Under the pieces are notes generated by a model, which ran no database searches, was not told where the DNA came from, and saw only the letters and a program-made list of their open reading frames with translations. The translations under genes were made by a program, and so were the position numbers. From assembly GCA_033852095.1 (NCBI GenBank), contig JAWSVD010000029.1:78077-142076 (forward strand): a stretch of DNA of 64,000 nt. The letters are read 5' to 3'. Below, piece by piece: positions 46,782 to 56,719 of the stretch (position 1 is its first letter; every line of letters starts with the position of its first letter). The stretch comes from Granulosicoccaceae bacterium. GTDB taxonomy: Bacteria > Pseudomonadota > Gammaproteobacteria > CALCKW01.

Positions 46782-47825
46782 ATGCCCTCACGCCAACAAA
46801 AAACAGCTTTCTCACTGCTCGCGCTGCTTGTCGCAACAGCCGTGACATACCTGTATATCAGGCTCCCCTCCCCCGAGCCGATCGCAGCCCAGCTCGAGGA
46901 GAAAACTCTTGTCGCGGCCTCTGAAGAGACTAACAGCAGCCCGGAGCCCCCCGAGCTGAGCACGGCGGAGCACAAAGCCAATGCGGCCGAAAAAACATCA
47001 ACTGCCGCCAATAAAACTGAAGCGATAAGGCCGCCAAAAGTACCGGGTCTTGCCGCTGACGCCGGTGTTTTTGCGATCGAAACCGCTCTGTCTCTTCCCA
47101 GTGATCCGGAGTTCTATCGCCTGGTCGAACTGCTAAAGCAGGACCCTGATTACTTCGACGAGATGGTGCAGGAACTGATGCGTGAAACAGACGCACTGCG
47201 CCTGAAATGGCTGGCCTATCTGTTGGCCGAGACACGTGATGCCCGCCTCACGAACATCGCGGCACAAATGCTCAGCGCAGGCCGGACGGAATCGTCGCTT
47301 GCAGCCCTGACCCTGTTGCGACGGACCCAACAACACAGTGAAGCCGCTCGGCAGTTGGTGCTGCAGACCATCTCGCACCAAACAGAAGCTCCGCTGCTGG
47401 TCGCAGCGATAAATGCCCTGTCTCGCGTGGGCACAAACGCCTCGACCAAGCACAGACAACAGGTAGCGAGCCACTTGTTGCCACTGCTTGCACACCAGGA
47501 AGCAAGCGTCAGGCGAGCGTCTTACAGCACGCTGCTGCGATGGTCTAATGGCTCTGTGGATATCGCTCCGCAGCTGGCCGCTGGCCTCTCCGACTCAGAT
47601 GCAAAGGTCAGGCGCAGCACAGCCTTTGGCCTTATCCGCAACCCGCACCTCGATCAATCCACCAAGCTTGCGCTGTTCAGTATGCTGAACGACACCGAAG
47701 AGCCCCTGCGCAATCGCAAAGCGGCAGCCATGGCACTGATGCGCTTCGGCCTTAACAGCGATGAAAACGCTCACGTTGAAGCACTCACCCACAGCTTCAA
47801 CCGCAAGCGAAAATCAGCGCCCTAA
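46782..47825 (+). CDS. Membrane-anchored HEAT-repeat protein
   Basis: N-terminal TM helix, Pro/Glu linker, LAHQEASVRRASY, LSDSDAKVRRSTA and LNDTEEPLRNRKAAA HEAT-like units. Confidence 0.65.
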   Translation: MPSRQQKTAFSLLALLVATAVTYLYIRLPSPEPIAAQLEEKTLVAASEETNSSPEPPELSTAEHKANAAEKTSTAANKTEAIRPPKVPGLAADAGVFAIETALSLPSDPEFYRLVELLKQDPDYFDEMVQELMRETDALRLKWLAYLLAETRDARLTNIAAQMLSAGRTESSLAALTLLRRTQQHSEAARQLVLQTISHQTEAPLLVAAINALSRVGTNASTKHRQQVASHLLPLLAHQEASVRRASYSTLLRWSNGSVDIAPQLAAGLSDSDAKVRRSTAFGLIRNPHLDQSTKLALFSMLNDTEEPLRNRKAAAMALMRFGLNSDENAHVEALTHSFNRKRKSAP

Positions 47826-47827
47826 GC

Positions 47828-48208
47828 TCACCGCTCATTCTGAGGCAAGCCATCCGCAATGGCGTAATAGTCACCCTTGTCTGCGACAAAAATGTGTTTT
47901 TCAAGCTGCGTGCGCGAAGGCGAATCAAAGGCCCCCATGGCGATGGCGATGCGCTCACCTTCGAGCGGGTCCCAGAATAAAAAACTGCCACAACAACTGC
48001 AAAACCCCCTGCGGACTTTTTCAGAAGCTTGATACCAATTAAGTTTGTCCTCTCCCCGCAAGCGCAAAGACTTGCGCTCAATGTCGGTCGAGGCCCAGTA
48101 GTGGCCACTTTGTTTGCGGCACATTGTGCAGTGGCAGGCATCGGGTGCAGCCAGCTCACCTGACACATCAAAGCTGACCTCACCGCACAAACAAGATCCG
48201 TGGTGCAT
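47828..48208 (-). CDS. GFA-family protein (Zn-binding, glutathione-dependent formaldehyde-activating/CENP-V)
   Basis: GSCLCG, CHCTMCRK, RGFCSCCGS. Confidence 0.9.
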   Translation of the reverse strand: MHHGSCLCGEVSFDVSGELAAPDACHCTMCRKQSGHYWASTDIERKSLRLRGEDKLNWYQASEKVRRGFCSCCGSFLFWDPLEGERIAIAMGAFDSPSRTQLEKHIFVADKGDYYAIADGLPQNER

Positions 48209-48346
48209 TTTTCATCTCCAGTACAGGCCCAATGACAGCTGCCCCGCCGACACGCTTTAGTCCGCTGGCCGCTGCACAGTATCAATATCTACAGAGAAGC
48301 AATGGCCTCGCCTCACGCAGTAGACAAGCCATGAAATAATCTCGCC

Positions 48347-48922
48347 CTACTTGCTGTCCGCGCGGCTCACGAATTTGCGCTCTTCCACACTCACCTTCAG
48401 CTTCTCGCCCGAGGAAATGTACTCTGGCACTTGCACCACCAATCCAGTGGACAGTGTTGCAGGTTTGGTTCGAGCAGTCGCCGAGCCACCCTTGATAGAG
48501 GGGTCGGTCTCAACAACGACCAGATCCACGTTGCTAGGCATGTCCAGCGCCACGGGCACATCATCGACAATCACCACCTGAATACCGGCGGTCTCTTCAG
48601 TGATGAAGAGAATCTCATCGCTGATGCTCTCTTTGTTCAAGTTGTAGGGCGTGTAGTCCTCGCTGTCCATGAACACGTATTCGTCGCCGTCAATGTAGGA
48701 AAACGTGGCGGGCTTGCGCACCAGATCAGCAAACTGCAACATGTCCGAGTCTTTGAAAGTCTCATCAATCTTGCTGCCGCTGACCACGTCGTACATGCGC
48801 ATGCGGTAGAGACTCCCGCCCGCCCGACCCTGTGGCACAGAGCGCTCGATATCCCGCACAATATAGGTATTGCCGTTGTATTCAACGGCCGCGTTCTTTT
48901 TGATGTCACTGGCTTTTGGCAT
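48347..48922 (-). CDS. yeiP: Elongation factor P-like protein EfpL/YeiP
   Basis: MPKASDIKK, loop PQGRAGG (Arg tip), [33 protein letters not shown]. Confidence 0.92.
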   Translation of the reverse strand: MPKASDIKKNAAVEYNGNTYIVRDIERSVPQGRAGGSLYRMRMYDVVSGSKIDETFKDSDMLQFADLVRKPATFSYIDGDEYVFMDSEDYTPYNLNKESISDEILFITEETAGIQVVIVDDVPVALDMPSNVDLVVVETDPSIKGGSATARTKPATLSTGLVVQVPEYISSGEKLKVSVEERKFVSRADSK

Positions 48923-49184
48923 GCGGACTCACCTTAAATAATTCAATTCATGATCATTAGACAATGTCGCTCATTTTAGCCGATCTATGCCCTTGCATGT
49001 AGTTTAAGCATTTTGGCCATGCCAGCGCCTTGGCTCGCATTATCGCGCAGGGTAGAGCACGGCGTTCATGAGCGCGCCATCAGCTCTTCATGAGCCGTGC
49101 GGCTATTCCCGCATGCCTCGGAAAATAAGACGCTGCACCGACTTCAGGCAACAAGGCACTGGAAACAGACTTTCAAAAACTTTC

Positions 49185-50573
49185 TTAGTGCGCCTGCGGC
49201 CCATGCAAATTCAATGGCAAAGCAAGCGTGATACTGGCCCCTTGGGCCACAGCATCAACCCGCAATGCCCCGCCGTGCGCATCTGCCACGGAGTGCGCTA
49301 TTGCCAGCCCTAATCCGCTGCCACTGGAGGGCTCAAGCTGACCGAATCGGCTAAACGCTTTTTCCTGGTCTTCTGGCCGCAGGCCCGCTCCGTCATCCAC
49401 CACCGTGACACAGGCGTGGTCGCCGTCTAACCATGTCTTCACCGAGATTTCCCTCAGCGATCCGCCCCCGTGCACCAGGGCGTTATCAACCAAATTTTTG
49501 ATCACTTCTGAGACAAAGAATCGGTCCGCCAACACCGCTAACGGCGCGTCATGCTGCAACAGCGCAAAGCCCACCTCCGCAGAGAGAACTGTCGGCGCCA
49601 AGTCCGCACACACGTGTTTACTCAAGGCATTGAGATTCAGCAGCTCATGAGCGGATCGCCAGCTCCCCTGCCGCAACCGGTCCAGTGACAACAATTGATC
49701 CGCAACGCGAGATGACGCATAGGCCGCGCTGATCAACTCTTTTACCCGCAATTCACGCTCATGATCAGTGTTCGCATCACGCACCGCCTCCGCCATAGAC
49801 AAGACAGCAGCCGCCGGGTTTCGCAACTGATGCGCCGCATCCGAAATAAAGGCTTGATGTGAATGCAAGCTTGTCACCACTTGTTCGAACAGGCGATTCA
49901 GCGTGGCGACTATGCCCTGCGCTTCGACCGGAATAGGCCGCTTGATGGTACTGAGGTCATCGGGCGAGCGCGAGGCAATCGCATCCTGCAGATCGAGCAG
50001 CGGGCGCAGCCCTGTCTGCACCGCAAAAGACACAACGACAGCTAGCGTGGTCAGCAGCCCCACGATCAGCGCCACGGCGCGCCAGGCCAATTGCCGCGCA
50101 AAATCCACACGCGCGCTGCCGAGCTGCCACACCGTGACCGTGGTATCGCCCGACAAATACTCCGTGGAGGTGTGCTCGGTCATGCGTATAACCCGGACCA
50201 ACTCCCCCTTGTACACCCCTTCAAAATACTGCGGTTTATTGGGCTCGAACAACCAGTGCCCCGCCGGCACAGGGGGGTAGGCATAACCAGTGACATAAGC
50301 GCCGCCAGGCCCACTGACGTGGTAGAACACCTCTTCCACTGCCGCCTCGCGAATGAGGCTGCGCGTGGAGGGCAACAGCGCGTCACCGTCCGACACCGCC
50401 ACGTCTCGACTGATGGCCAATGCGGCGGCCAACAGCGAACGGTCAAAGAGCTTGTCGGCGGTATCCTGCGCCACGCTGTAGCGCCAGTAACCCAAGAGTA
50501 CGGCCATGATCACCAACGGCAATAAGATCAATACAAACAGGCGCTGGCGCAGCGAGCGGGTCGACTGGGTCAT
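49185..50573 (-). CDS. tctE: TctE-like sensor histidine kinase
   Basis: LFDRSLLAAALAI (2CSK_N), FISDAAHQLRNP, NLVDNALVHG, GSGLGLAI. Confidence 0.85.
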   Translation of the reverse strand: MTQSTRSLRQRLFVLILLPLVIMAVLLGYWRYSVAQDTADKLFDRSLLAAALAISRDVAVSDGDALLPSTRSLIREAAVEEVFYHVSGPGGAYVTGYAYPPVPAGHWLFEPNKPQYFEGVYKGELVRVIRMTEHTSTEYLSGDTTVTVWQLGSARVDFARQLAWRAVALIVGLLTTLAVVVSFAVQTGLRPLLDLQDAIASRSPDDLSTIKRPIPVEAQGIVATLNRLFEQVVTSLHSHQAFISDAAHQLRNPAAAVLSMAEAVRDANTDHERELRVKELISAAYASSRVADQLLSLDRLRQGSWRSAHELLNLNALSKHVCADLAPTVLSAEVGFALLQHDAPLAVLADRFFVSEVIKNLVDNALVHGGGSLREISVKTWLDGDHACVTVVDDGAGLRPEDQEKAFSRFGQLEPSSGSGLGLAIAHSVADAHGGALRVDAVAQGASITLALPLNLHGPQAH

Positions 50574-51238
50574 TTATCGGCCTCGAGCATATACCCCAAT
50601 CCGCGCGCAGTTTTGATGCGTATGCCGTGCCCGGCAAGGCGTTTTCGCAAGCGCGAAATATGCGGCTCCACAGCCGTGTCGTCGACGTCTGCTCCCACCC
50701 CGTAGACGTGATCGGTCAGCTGATCCTTGGACACCAGCCTGCCGCGGCGCTCAAGCAGGCACTCCAGTGTGGCGAGTTCACGGCGGGGAATTTCCAGCGC
50801 CTCTCCCCCGGCCAGCAGCTGCCGTGTGCCGCGGTCAAAACTCAGCTCTCCCACACGTTCTGTCGCGCCGTAGTCGATGTCTTTGCGTCGTGACAAGGCC
50901 CGTATGCGCGCCTCCAACTCATCCATTTCAAAGGGTTTGACCAGGTAATCGTCCGCCCCCGCATCCAGCCCCATTACCCTGTCCCGGGTGTCGCTGCGGG
51001 CGGTCAGCAGAATAACCGGCGTATTGGCGCCGCGGGCCCTGAGTGCACGCAACACGTCCAAGCCGCTCATTTTGGGGAGGTTAATGTCCAGCACCAGGAG
51101 ATCTGCACCTTCAGTCGCGAGAAACTGGTCCGCCGCTGCGCCGTCGTACAGCAAGTCCACGGCATGCCCTCTGTCGCGCAGGCGATAGGCAATTGCATTG
51201 GCCAGTGTCTGGTTGTCCTCGACCACTGCTATTCGCAT
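50570..51238 (-). CDS. tctD: TctD-like response regulator
   Basis: MRIAVVED, VLDINLP, DDYLVKPF, HISRLRKRL, ARGLGY. Start reassigned to 51238. Confidence 0.88.
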   Translation of the reverse strand: MRIAVVEDNQTLANAIAYRLRDRGHAVDLLYDGAAADQFLATEGADLLVLDINLPKMSGLDVLRALRARGANTPVILLTARSDTRDRVMGLDAGADDYLVKPFEMDELEARIRALSRRKDIDYGATERVGELSFDRGTRQLLAGGEALEIPRRELATLECLLERRGRLVSKDQLTDHVYGVGADVDDTAVEPHISRLRKRLAGHGIRIKTARGLGYMLEADK

Positions 51239-51374
51239 TTCAGACCCCGCAAGTTTCACGCAAGCTTAGCTGTTTATGATCGATCCATCGTCAAAGCACT
51301 CCAGCCCGCTGGCGCTCGGCGATATAGAATCGAATCCAGAGGCAATACAATTGCCCACCCAAAGGGAGTTATAC

Positions 51375-52466
51375 ATGAAAGCCACTACTTTCATCCGTCG
51401 TACCGCACTGAGCTTGGCTGTCGCAGCAGTGACTTTCGCCGCACCCGCATCAGCAGAAGTCGACTTTTCAGGCAAAACCATCGAGTGGGTCATCCCCTTC
51501 TCCGAGACCGGCGGTTCAGCCAAGTGGGCCAACTTCTTCGCCCCGCTGCTCGCCGAAGAGCTGCCGGGCGAGCCCACTGTTGTGGTCAAGTTCATGCCGG
51601 GCGCAGGTTCGACCAAAGGCGCCAACTGGTTCCAAAAACAAACACACAAGGACGGCACATTGCTGTTCGGTTCGTCCGGCTCCACGCAGTTCCCCTACTT
51701 GCTGGGCGACCCTCGCGTGCGCTACGAATACAATGACTGGAACGCTGTCATGGCATCCGGCACGGGCGGCGTAGCCTACCTCAACCCAGAGGCCGGCGCC
51801 AAATTCAACGGCACCGCCAACGCGCTCAAAGATATAGACTTCATCTACGGCTCACAGGGCGCCACGCGCCTCGACCTCGTTGCCCTGCTCGCGTGGGAAA
51901 TGCTGGGCATGAACGTCGAGCCGGTGTTCGGCATCAAGGGCCGCGGTGACGGGCGACTGATGTTTGAACGCGGCGAAGCCACGATCGATTACCAGACATC
52001 TTCAGGTTACCTCAAGGGCTCTGCCGACCTGGTTGCGGACGGCAAAGCCGTGCCCATGATGACCTGGGGCGCACTGGGCGAGAGCGGCGACATCGTGCGC
52101 GACCCGACCTTCCCCGAGATCGCCACCTTCAAAGAAGTGTGCGAAGCGACCGAAGCTTGTGAGACCTCCGGCGATAACTGGGACGCATGGAAGGCCTTCT
52201 TCATTGCGGGATTCCCCTCGCAGAAGCTCGCCTTTTTGCCTGCTGGCACGCCGCAAGATGTGATCGACACCTACACCCAGGCCTTCGAAGCAGTCGTTGC
52301 ACGGGAAGATTTCGCCGCGATTTCATCCAAGCGCGTCGGCAAATACCACGTATTTGTAGGCGAGAACGCACAGACCGCCCTGGCCTCTGCGACCAGCGCA
52401 CCTGAGAGCGCCGTCACCTTTGCGCGCAGCTGGTTGAAAGACAAGTACGGCGTCACGCTGAAGTAA
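51375..52466 (+). CDS. tctC: Tripartite tricarboxylate transporter substrate-binding protein (TctC/Bug-like)
   Basis: Signal peptide, IEWVIPFSETGGS, MPGAGSTKG. Divergent from tctDE and upstream of tctA. AGGGAG RBS before ATG 51375. Confidence 0.75.
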   Translation: MKATTFIRRTALSLAVAAVTFAAPASAEVDFSGKTIEWVIPFSETGGSAKWANFFAPLLAEELPGEPTVVVKFMPGAGSTKGANWFQKQTHKDGTLLFGSSGSTQFPYLLGDPRVRYEYNDWNAVMASGTGGVAYLNPEAGAKFNGTANALKDIDFIYGSQGATRLDLVALLAWEMLGMNVEPVFGIKGRGDGRLMFERGEATIDYQTSSGYLKGSADLVADGKAVPMMTWGALGESGDIVRDPTFPEIATFKEVCEATEACETSGDNWDAWKAFFIAGFPSQKLAFLPAGTPQDVIDTYTQAFEAVVAREDFAAISSKRVGKYHVFVGENAQTALASATSAPESAVTFARSWLKDKYGVTLK

Positions 52467-52647
52467 GACAGTACCGAGCTGGCACGGGCATCCTGCCGTG
52501 CCGCTCTGAGGCGCCCAGCCTCAGAGCGTGAGAAAAATTCACTGCGCTTTTGATGACCGCTGCGCCTTGGCAGCGGCATGCTCGTGGGTTTTTTCTCAAG
52601 CTCTCAGCCCCTCCCTTTAAAACCTCATAATTTATGGAGCGACTCCT

Positions 52648-54678
52648 ATGGAGATGTTCGCGACCGCTATTCCTGCGCTTGTAGAAGCCTGGCAACTCAT
52701 CCTGCAACCCGTCGTACTCGGCTATCTAGTGCTCGGCGTGGTGATGGGATTGACCATCGGTGTATTCCCTGGGCTCGGCGGCATCGCCGGGCTTTCGCTG
52801 TTACTGCCCTTTATGTTTGGCATGGATCCAGTCCTTGGCCTGGCCCTGATGATCGGCATGGTGGCGGTTGTGCCAACCTCCGATACCTTTGCCTCGGTGC
52901 TGATGGGCATACCCGGCTCCTCCGCCTCACAGGCGACTGTGCTGGACGGTTTTCCCATGGCGAAAAATGGCGAGGCCGCGCGCGCGCTCGCCGCCGCCTT
53001 CACCTCCTCCTTGTTCGGCGGCTTGGTGGGCGCTGCCTTTCTGACAGTGTTCATCCTCATCGCCCGCCCCATCGTGCTAGCTTTTGGCCTGCCCGAAATG
53101 CTGATGATCACCGTGCTCGGCCTGTCCATGGTGGCCGTGCTGGCGGGGCGTATCCCGCTCAAGGGCCTCGCGGCCGCGTGCCTGGGTTTGATGATCGGCA
53201 CCGTCGGTGAAGCAGACGCGGGCGGCAGCCTGCGCATGGCGAGCTACGACATCCCCTACCTGACCGACGGCCTGAAACTGGTGATTGTCGGCCTTGGCAT
53301 ATTCGCCATCCCAGAGATCATCTCCCTGCTGCGTCAAGACAGCTCCATCGCCAAGGGCGCCAGTTTGGGCTCGGGCTGGATGGACGGCGTGCGCGATTGG
53401 GTCGACAACAAGTGGCTCTCAGTGCGCTGCTCCATCATCGGCGTCGTTGTCGGCATTGTGCCGGGTCTCGGCGGCTCGGTTGTGGACTGGATCGCCTATG
53501 GCCACACGGTGCAGAGCACCAAAGACAAATCCAAGTTTGGCAAGGGCGAGGTGCGCGGCGTGATCGGGCCCGAGAGCTCCAACAACGCCAAAGAGGGCGG
53601 CGGACTCGTGCCCACACTGCTGTTTGGCATTCCCGGCTCTGGCTCGATGGCGATCTTCATCGGCGCCATCGCCCTGCTCGGCTCCGGCGACATCGAAGTC
53701 GGTCCTGCCATGCTGCAGAACAACCTCGACATCACCTACTCCATCGTCTGGCTCTTGGCGCTGGCCAATGTCGCGGGCACCGTGCTCTGCATCGCCCTGT
53801 CGGGCAGCATTGCCAAGCTGACCACCATCCGCTTTACCTACTTGGCGCCCTTTCTGTTCATGCTGATCAGTTTCGCCGCCTTCCAATCGGGGCAGAACTT
53901 CGAAGATTTGTTGGCGCTGCTGGCGATCGGTTTGATCGGAATTTTTCTGCGCCGCTTTGATTGGTCTCGCCCTGCGTTTTTGATCGGTTTTGTGCTCTCC
54001 AACCCGGTGGAAAAATTCTCCAATCAGGCTTTTCAAATCGCCAGCTTTCGCTTTCGCAAAAGTTTTGAAGAAGGCATGGACTACGTCTTCAGCCCGATCG
54101 TGATCGTGCTGATCGTGATAACAGTGGTGTCCGTTGTGCTGGGCATTCGCCAGGCCAAGAGCATCATGGCTGAGGGCGAAGTGAAATCTGGTTCCAAACG
54201 TGCGCCGCTGGTCTTTTTGCTGGCCATATCCGCCTATCTGCTGGCAGCCGTCATCAACGCCAACAGCATCCCCGACTTCAACCTCACCGACAAGATCATC
54301 CCGCTGGCGATCGGCTGCTTCGCGCTGTTGTGTTGCCTGATTCTACTGATCCAGATGATGCGGCAGCCCGAGGGCGACAGCATCTTTGCCGACAAAGAAG
54401 TCGCCGGTGAAGACGCCGACGCCCCCTACGGGCTGTGGTCTACCCTGGCATGGTTCGCCTCGCTGATTGCCGGCACCTGGTTTGTCGGTTTCATCTTTGC
54501 TCTGTTTGCTTTTCTGATCTGCTTTCTGCGCATACGCGCCGGTGCCAGCTGGTCCAAAACACTGCTGCTGACCGCCTGCGGCATAACGTTCATGTGCCTG
54601 ATGGCCGGCGCGTTGAACCGAGACTTTCCACCGGGGCTGCTGCAAGCAGCCACTGACTTGCCGTGGCCACTGAGATGA
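52648..54678 (+). CDS. tctA: Tripartite tricarboxylate transporter permease TctA with fused C-terminal TctB-like domain
   Basis: G..PGLGG, GIPGSSASQATVLDGFPMA, GPESSNNA, LFGIPGS. At 676 aa it has about 170 extra C-terminal TM residues ending P.GLL...LPWPL. Confidence 0.88.
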   Translation: MEMFATAIPALVEAWQLILQPVVLGYLVLGVVMGLTIGVFPGLGGIAGLSLLLPFMFGMDPVLGLALMIGMVAVVPTSDTFASVLMGIPGSSASQATVLDGFPMAKNGEAARALAAAFTSSLFGGLVGAAFLTVFILIARPIVLAFGLPEMLMITVLGLSMVAVLAGRIPLKGLAAACLGLMIGTVGEADAGGSLRMASYDIPYLTDGLKLVIVGLGIFAIPEIISLLRQDSSIAKGASLGSGWMDGVRDWVDNKWLSVRCSIIGVVVGIVPGLGGSVVDWIAYGHTVQSTKDKSKFGKGEVRGVIGPESSNNAKEGGGLVPTLLFGIPGSGSMAIFIGAIALLGSGDIEVGPAMLQNNLDITYSIVWLLALANVAGTVLCIALSGSIAKLTTIRFTYLAPFLFMLISFAAFQSGQNFEDLLALLAIGLIGIFLRRFDWSRPAFLIGFVLSNPVEKFSNQAFQIASFRFRKSFEEGMDYVFSPIVIVLIVITVVSVVLGIRQAKSIMAEGEVKSGSKRAPLVFLLAISAYLLAAVINANSIPDFNLTDKIIPLAIGCFALLCCLILLIQMMRQPEGDSIFADKEVAGEDADAPYGLWSTLAWFASLIAGTWFVGFIFALFAFLICFLRIRAGASWSKTLLLTACGITFMCLMAGALNRDFPPGLLQAATDLPWPLR

Positions 54679-55775
54679 GTCAAATTGGAATCCCCTACCT
54701 CTTCATGCGCGGCGGTACCTCCCGCGGACCGTATTTTCACCGCGGCGACTTGCCGCAGGACGAGACCACGCTGGCCGACGTCCTGATCGCCGCCGTGGGC
54801 GCAGGTCACAAGCTCAACATCGACGGTGTCGGCGGCGGCGCCGCAGTGACAACTAAGGTCGCCATGCTCTCCCCTTCAGACGACGACTGGGCCGATGTCG
54901 ATTACTTCTTCGCCCAAGTGTCGGTGGAGGATCGCCGCGTGGACTTCAAACCCACCTGCGGCAATATCCTCTCCGGTGTGGGCCCAGCCGCCATCGAGAT
55001 GGGTCTAATCAAGCCCTCAGGTGAAGTGACTGAGATCAACATCCACGCCGTCAACACCGGTGCCAGGGTTGTGGCTCAGGTGCAGACGCCCGGCGGCGAG
55101 CTCACCTACGAAGGCGACACAGAGATCGCCGGCGCACCCGGGGCCGCAGCGCCGGTTTCACTGAAGTTCATGGGTGTTGTGGGCTCCTCCACCGGTGCTT
55201 TTTTGCCCACCGGCGAGTTGCGCGATACGGTCGACGGTATCGAGGTCACGTGCATGGACGTGGCCATGCCACTGGTCATTGCCCGCGCCAAGGATTTCGG
55301 CCTGAGCGGCCACGAGAGCGCTGAAGAGATCGACCAAAACACGGAGTTTTTTAGCAGCATGGAAGCGGTTCGGCAAAAGGCGGCGCTGCTGATGGGCATG
55401 GGCGACGTGAGCAAATCCGTCACCCCAAAATTTGGCCTACTGGCAAAAGCCAAGTCAGGTGGCACCCTTGCCACGCGCTATTTTATGCCCTGGAACACCC
55501 ACCCCACCATGGCGGTCACCGGCGCCCAGTGCCTGGCGTCATGCGCACTCACGCCGGGCACAGTGGCCGATGGTCTGCTGCAAAGGCCCGAAACATCACC
55601 GGCTGAAGTGGTGCTGGAGCACGCCTCAGGCACCATCGACGTACTGGTCGACTTCGACAGCAGTGAGGGCTTCGAGCTGCTGTCTGCCGGGCTGGTGCGC
55701 ACGGTGCGCAAACTGGCCGACGGCAAGGTCTATGTGCCCGCATCCGTCTGGCCGATCGACAGGAGAGCCTCATGA
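54675..55775 (+). CDS. PrpF-family isomerase (4-oxalomesaconate tautomerase / aconitate isomerase-like)
   Basis: MRGGTSRGPYF, IDGVGGG..VTTKVA, YFFAQV..D..P.CGN. ATGA overlap with tctA. Confidence 0.85.
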   Translation: MSQIGIPYLFMRGGTSRGPYFHRGDLPQDETTLADVLIAAVGAGHKLNIDGVGGGAAVTTKVAMLSPSDDDWADVDYFFAQVSVEDRRVDFKPTCGNILSGVGPAAIEMGLIKPSGEVTEINIHAVNTGARVVAQVQTPGGELTYEGDTEIAGAPGAAAPVSLKFMGVVGSSTGAFLPTGELRDTVDGIEVTCMDVAMPLVIARAKDFGLSGHESAEEIDQNTEFFSSMEAVRQKAALLMGMGDVSKSVTPKFGLLAKAKSGGTLATRYFMPWNTHPTMAVTGAQCLASCALTPGTVADGLLQRPETSPAEVVLEHASGTIDVLVDFDSSEGFELLSAGLVRTVRKLADGKVYVPASVWPIDRRAS

Positions 55776-56593
55776 GCTTAAAAAACATACTGGTTGCTTT
55801 CAACGGTTCAACCGCCTCTGAAGCTGCTTTGCGCTACGCCTGCGCTGCCGTGCGCGACAACGGTGGGCACGTGACCGCCCTGCTCGCCCACGCCACCAAC
55901 GAAGTGGTGAACAGCCGCGACGCCTGGGTACCGCCAGCGGCACGCGCCATCATCGCCGAGGCCAACAGCAGCATTCTCAGCGAAGTCGAGCTGCGCTTTG
56001 AAGCACTCAGAGCGGATCTAGCGCTGGGCGAGCGTTTGCATTTTCAGCGCGCGGCAGGGCGTGTGGACGCTGTTATTGCAGAGTGCGCCCGCAGCTACGA
56101 CATCATCGTGGTGGGCAATCTGATCTCTGGCGGTGCAGATCCACACGTTGCAGTACACCCAGATCGCGTTGCGCTGATGAGCGGCCGGCCGGTGCTGGTG
56201 ATCCCCGATGACTACCAGCTCGATGCCCCACACGCACACGCCGCCGTGGCGTGGGATGGCAGTCGCGCCGCTGCCAGAGCTCTGTCCGACAGCCTACACA
56301 TACTCCAACAGCAAGGTCGGGTCAGTGTGCTCACAGTGGGCAAAAAACCGTTACCACGCCCAGTGGAGGAGTTGATGCAACATCTCGAGCGCCAAGGCGT
56401 ACAGGCAGAGCATCAAAACTTGCCACAACCCACCAGTGTGGGCTCGGCGATCGTTCGCTACTGCGCCGAACAAGACCCCTGCATGTTGGTGATGGGCGCC
56501 TACGAGCACTCTAAGTTTCGCGAGGATTTTTTTGGTGGCATCACAGCCAAGGTACTGAAGAAGATCAAAACCCCGCTGCTGCTCTCACACTGA
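55772..56593 (+). CDS. Tandem universal stress protein (USP) domain protein
   Basis: KNILVAFNGS, SGRPVLVIP, VAWDGSRAAARA, LVMGAYEHS..RE..FGG.T...L...P.LLSH. Confidence 0.88.
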   Translation: MSLKNILVAFNGSTASEAALRYACAAVRDNGGHVTALLAHATNEVVNSRDAWVPPAARAIIAEANSSILSEVELRFEALRADLALGERLHFQRAAGRVDAVIAECARSYDIIVVGNLISGGADPHVAVHPDRVALMSGRPVLVIPDDYQLDAPHAHAAVAWDGSRAAARALSDSLHILQQQGRVSVLTVGKKPLPRPVEELMQHLERQGVQAEHQNLPQPTSVGSAIVRYCAEQDPCMLVMGAYEHSKFREDFFGGITAKVLKKIKTPLLLSH

Positions 56594-56719
56594 GTTGTGC
56601 AGCTCAGGGCGCATAGCAAGGTGTTTCTAACTAAATATCGCAACTGCGTCACTGTAGGTTCGAATTTGTTCGGAGATTTTCTACCAGCCCTCGACGCCGT
56701 TGTCCGAATAAAATCTGAT

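Noticed and set aside
53419-54036. Several minus-strand ORFs within tctA and tcuA (also 58374..59138)
   Set aside because: Antisense shadows of confidently identified genes.
56650-56680. GGTTCGAAT resembling a tRNA T-loop
   Set aside because: No pairing T-stem, acceptor stem or CCA; not a tRNA.
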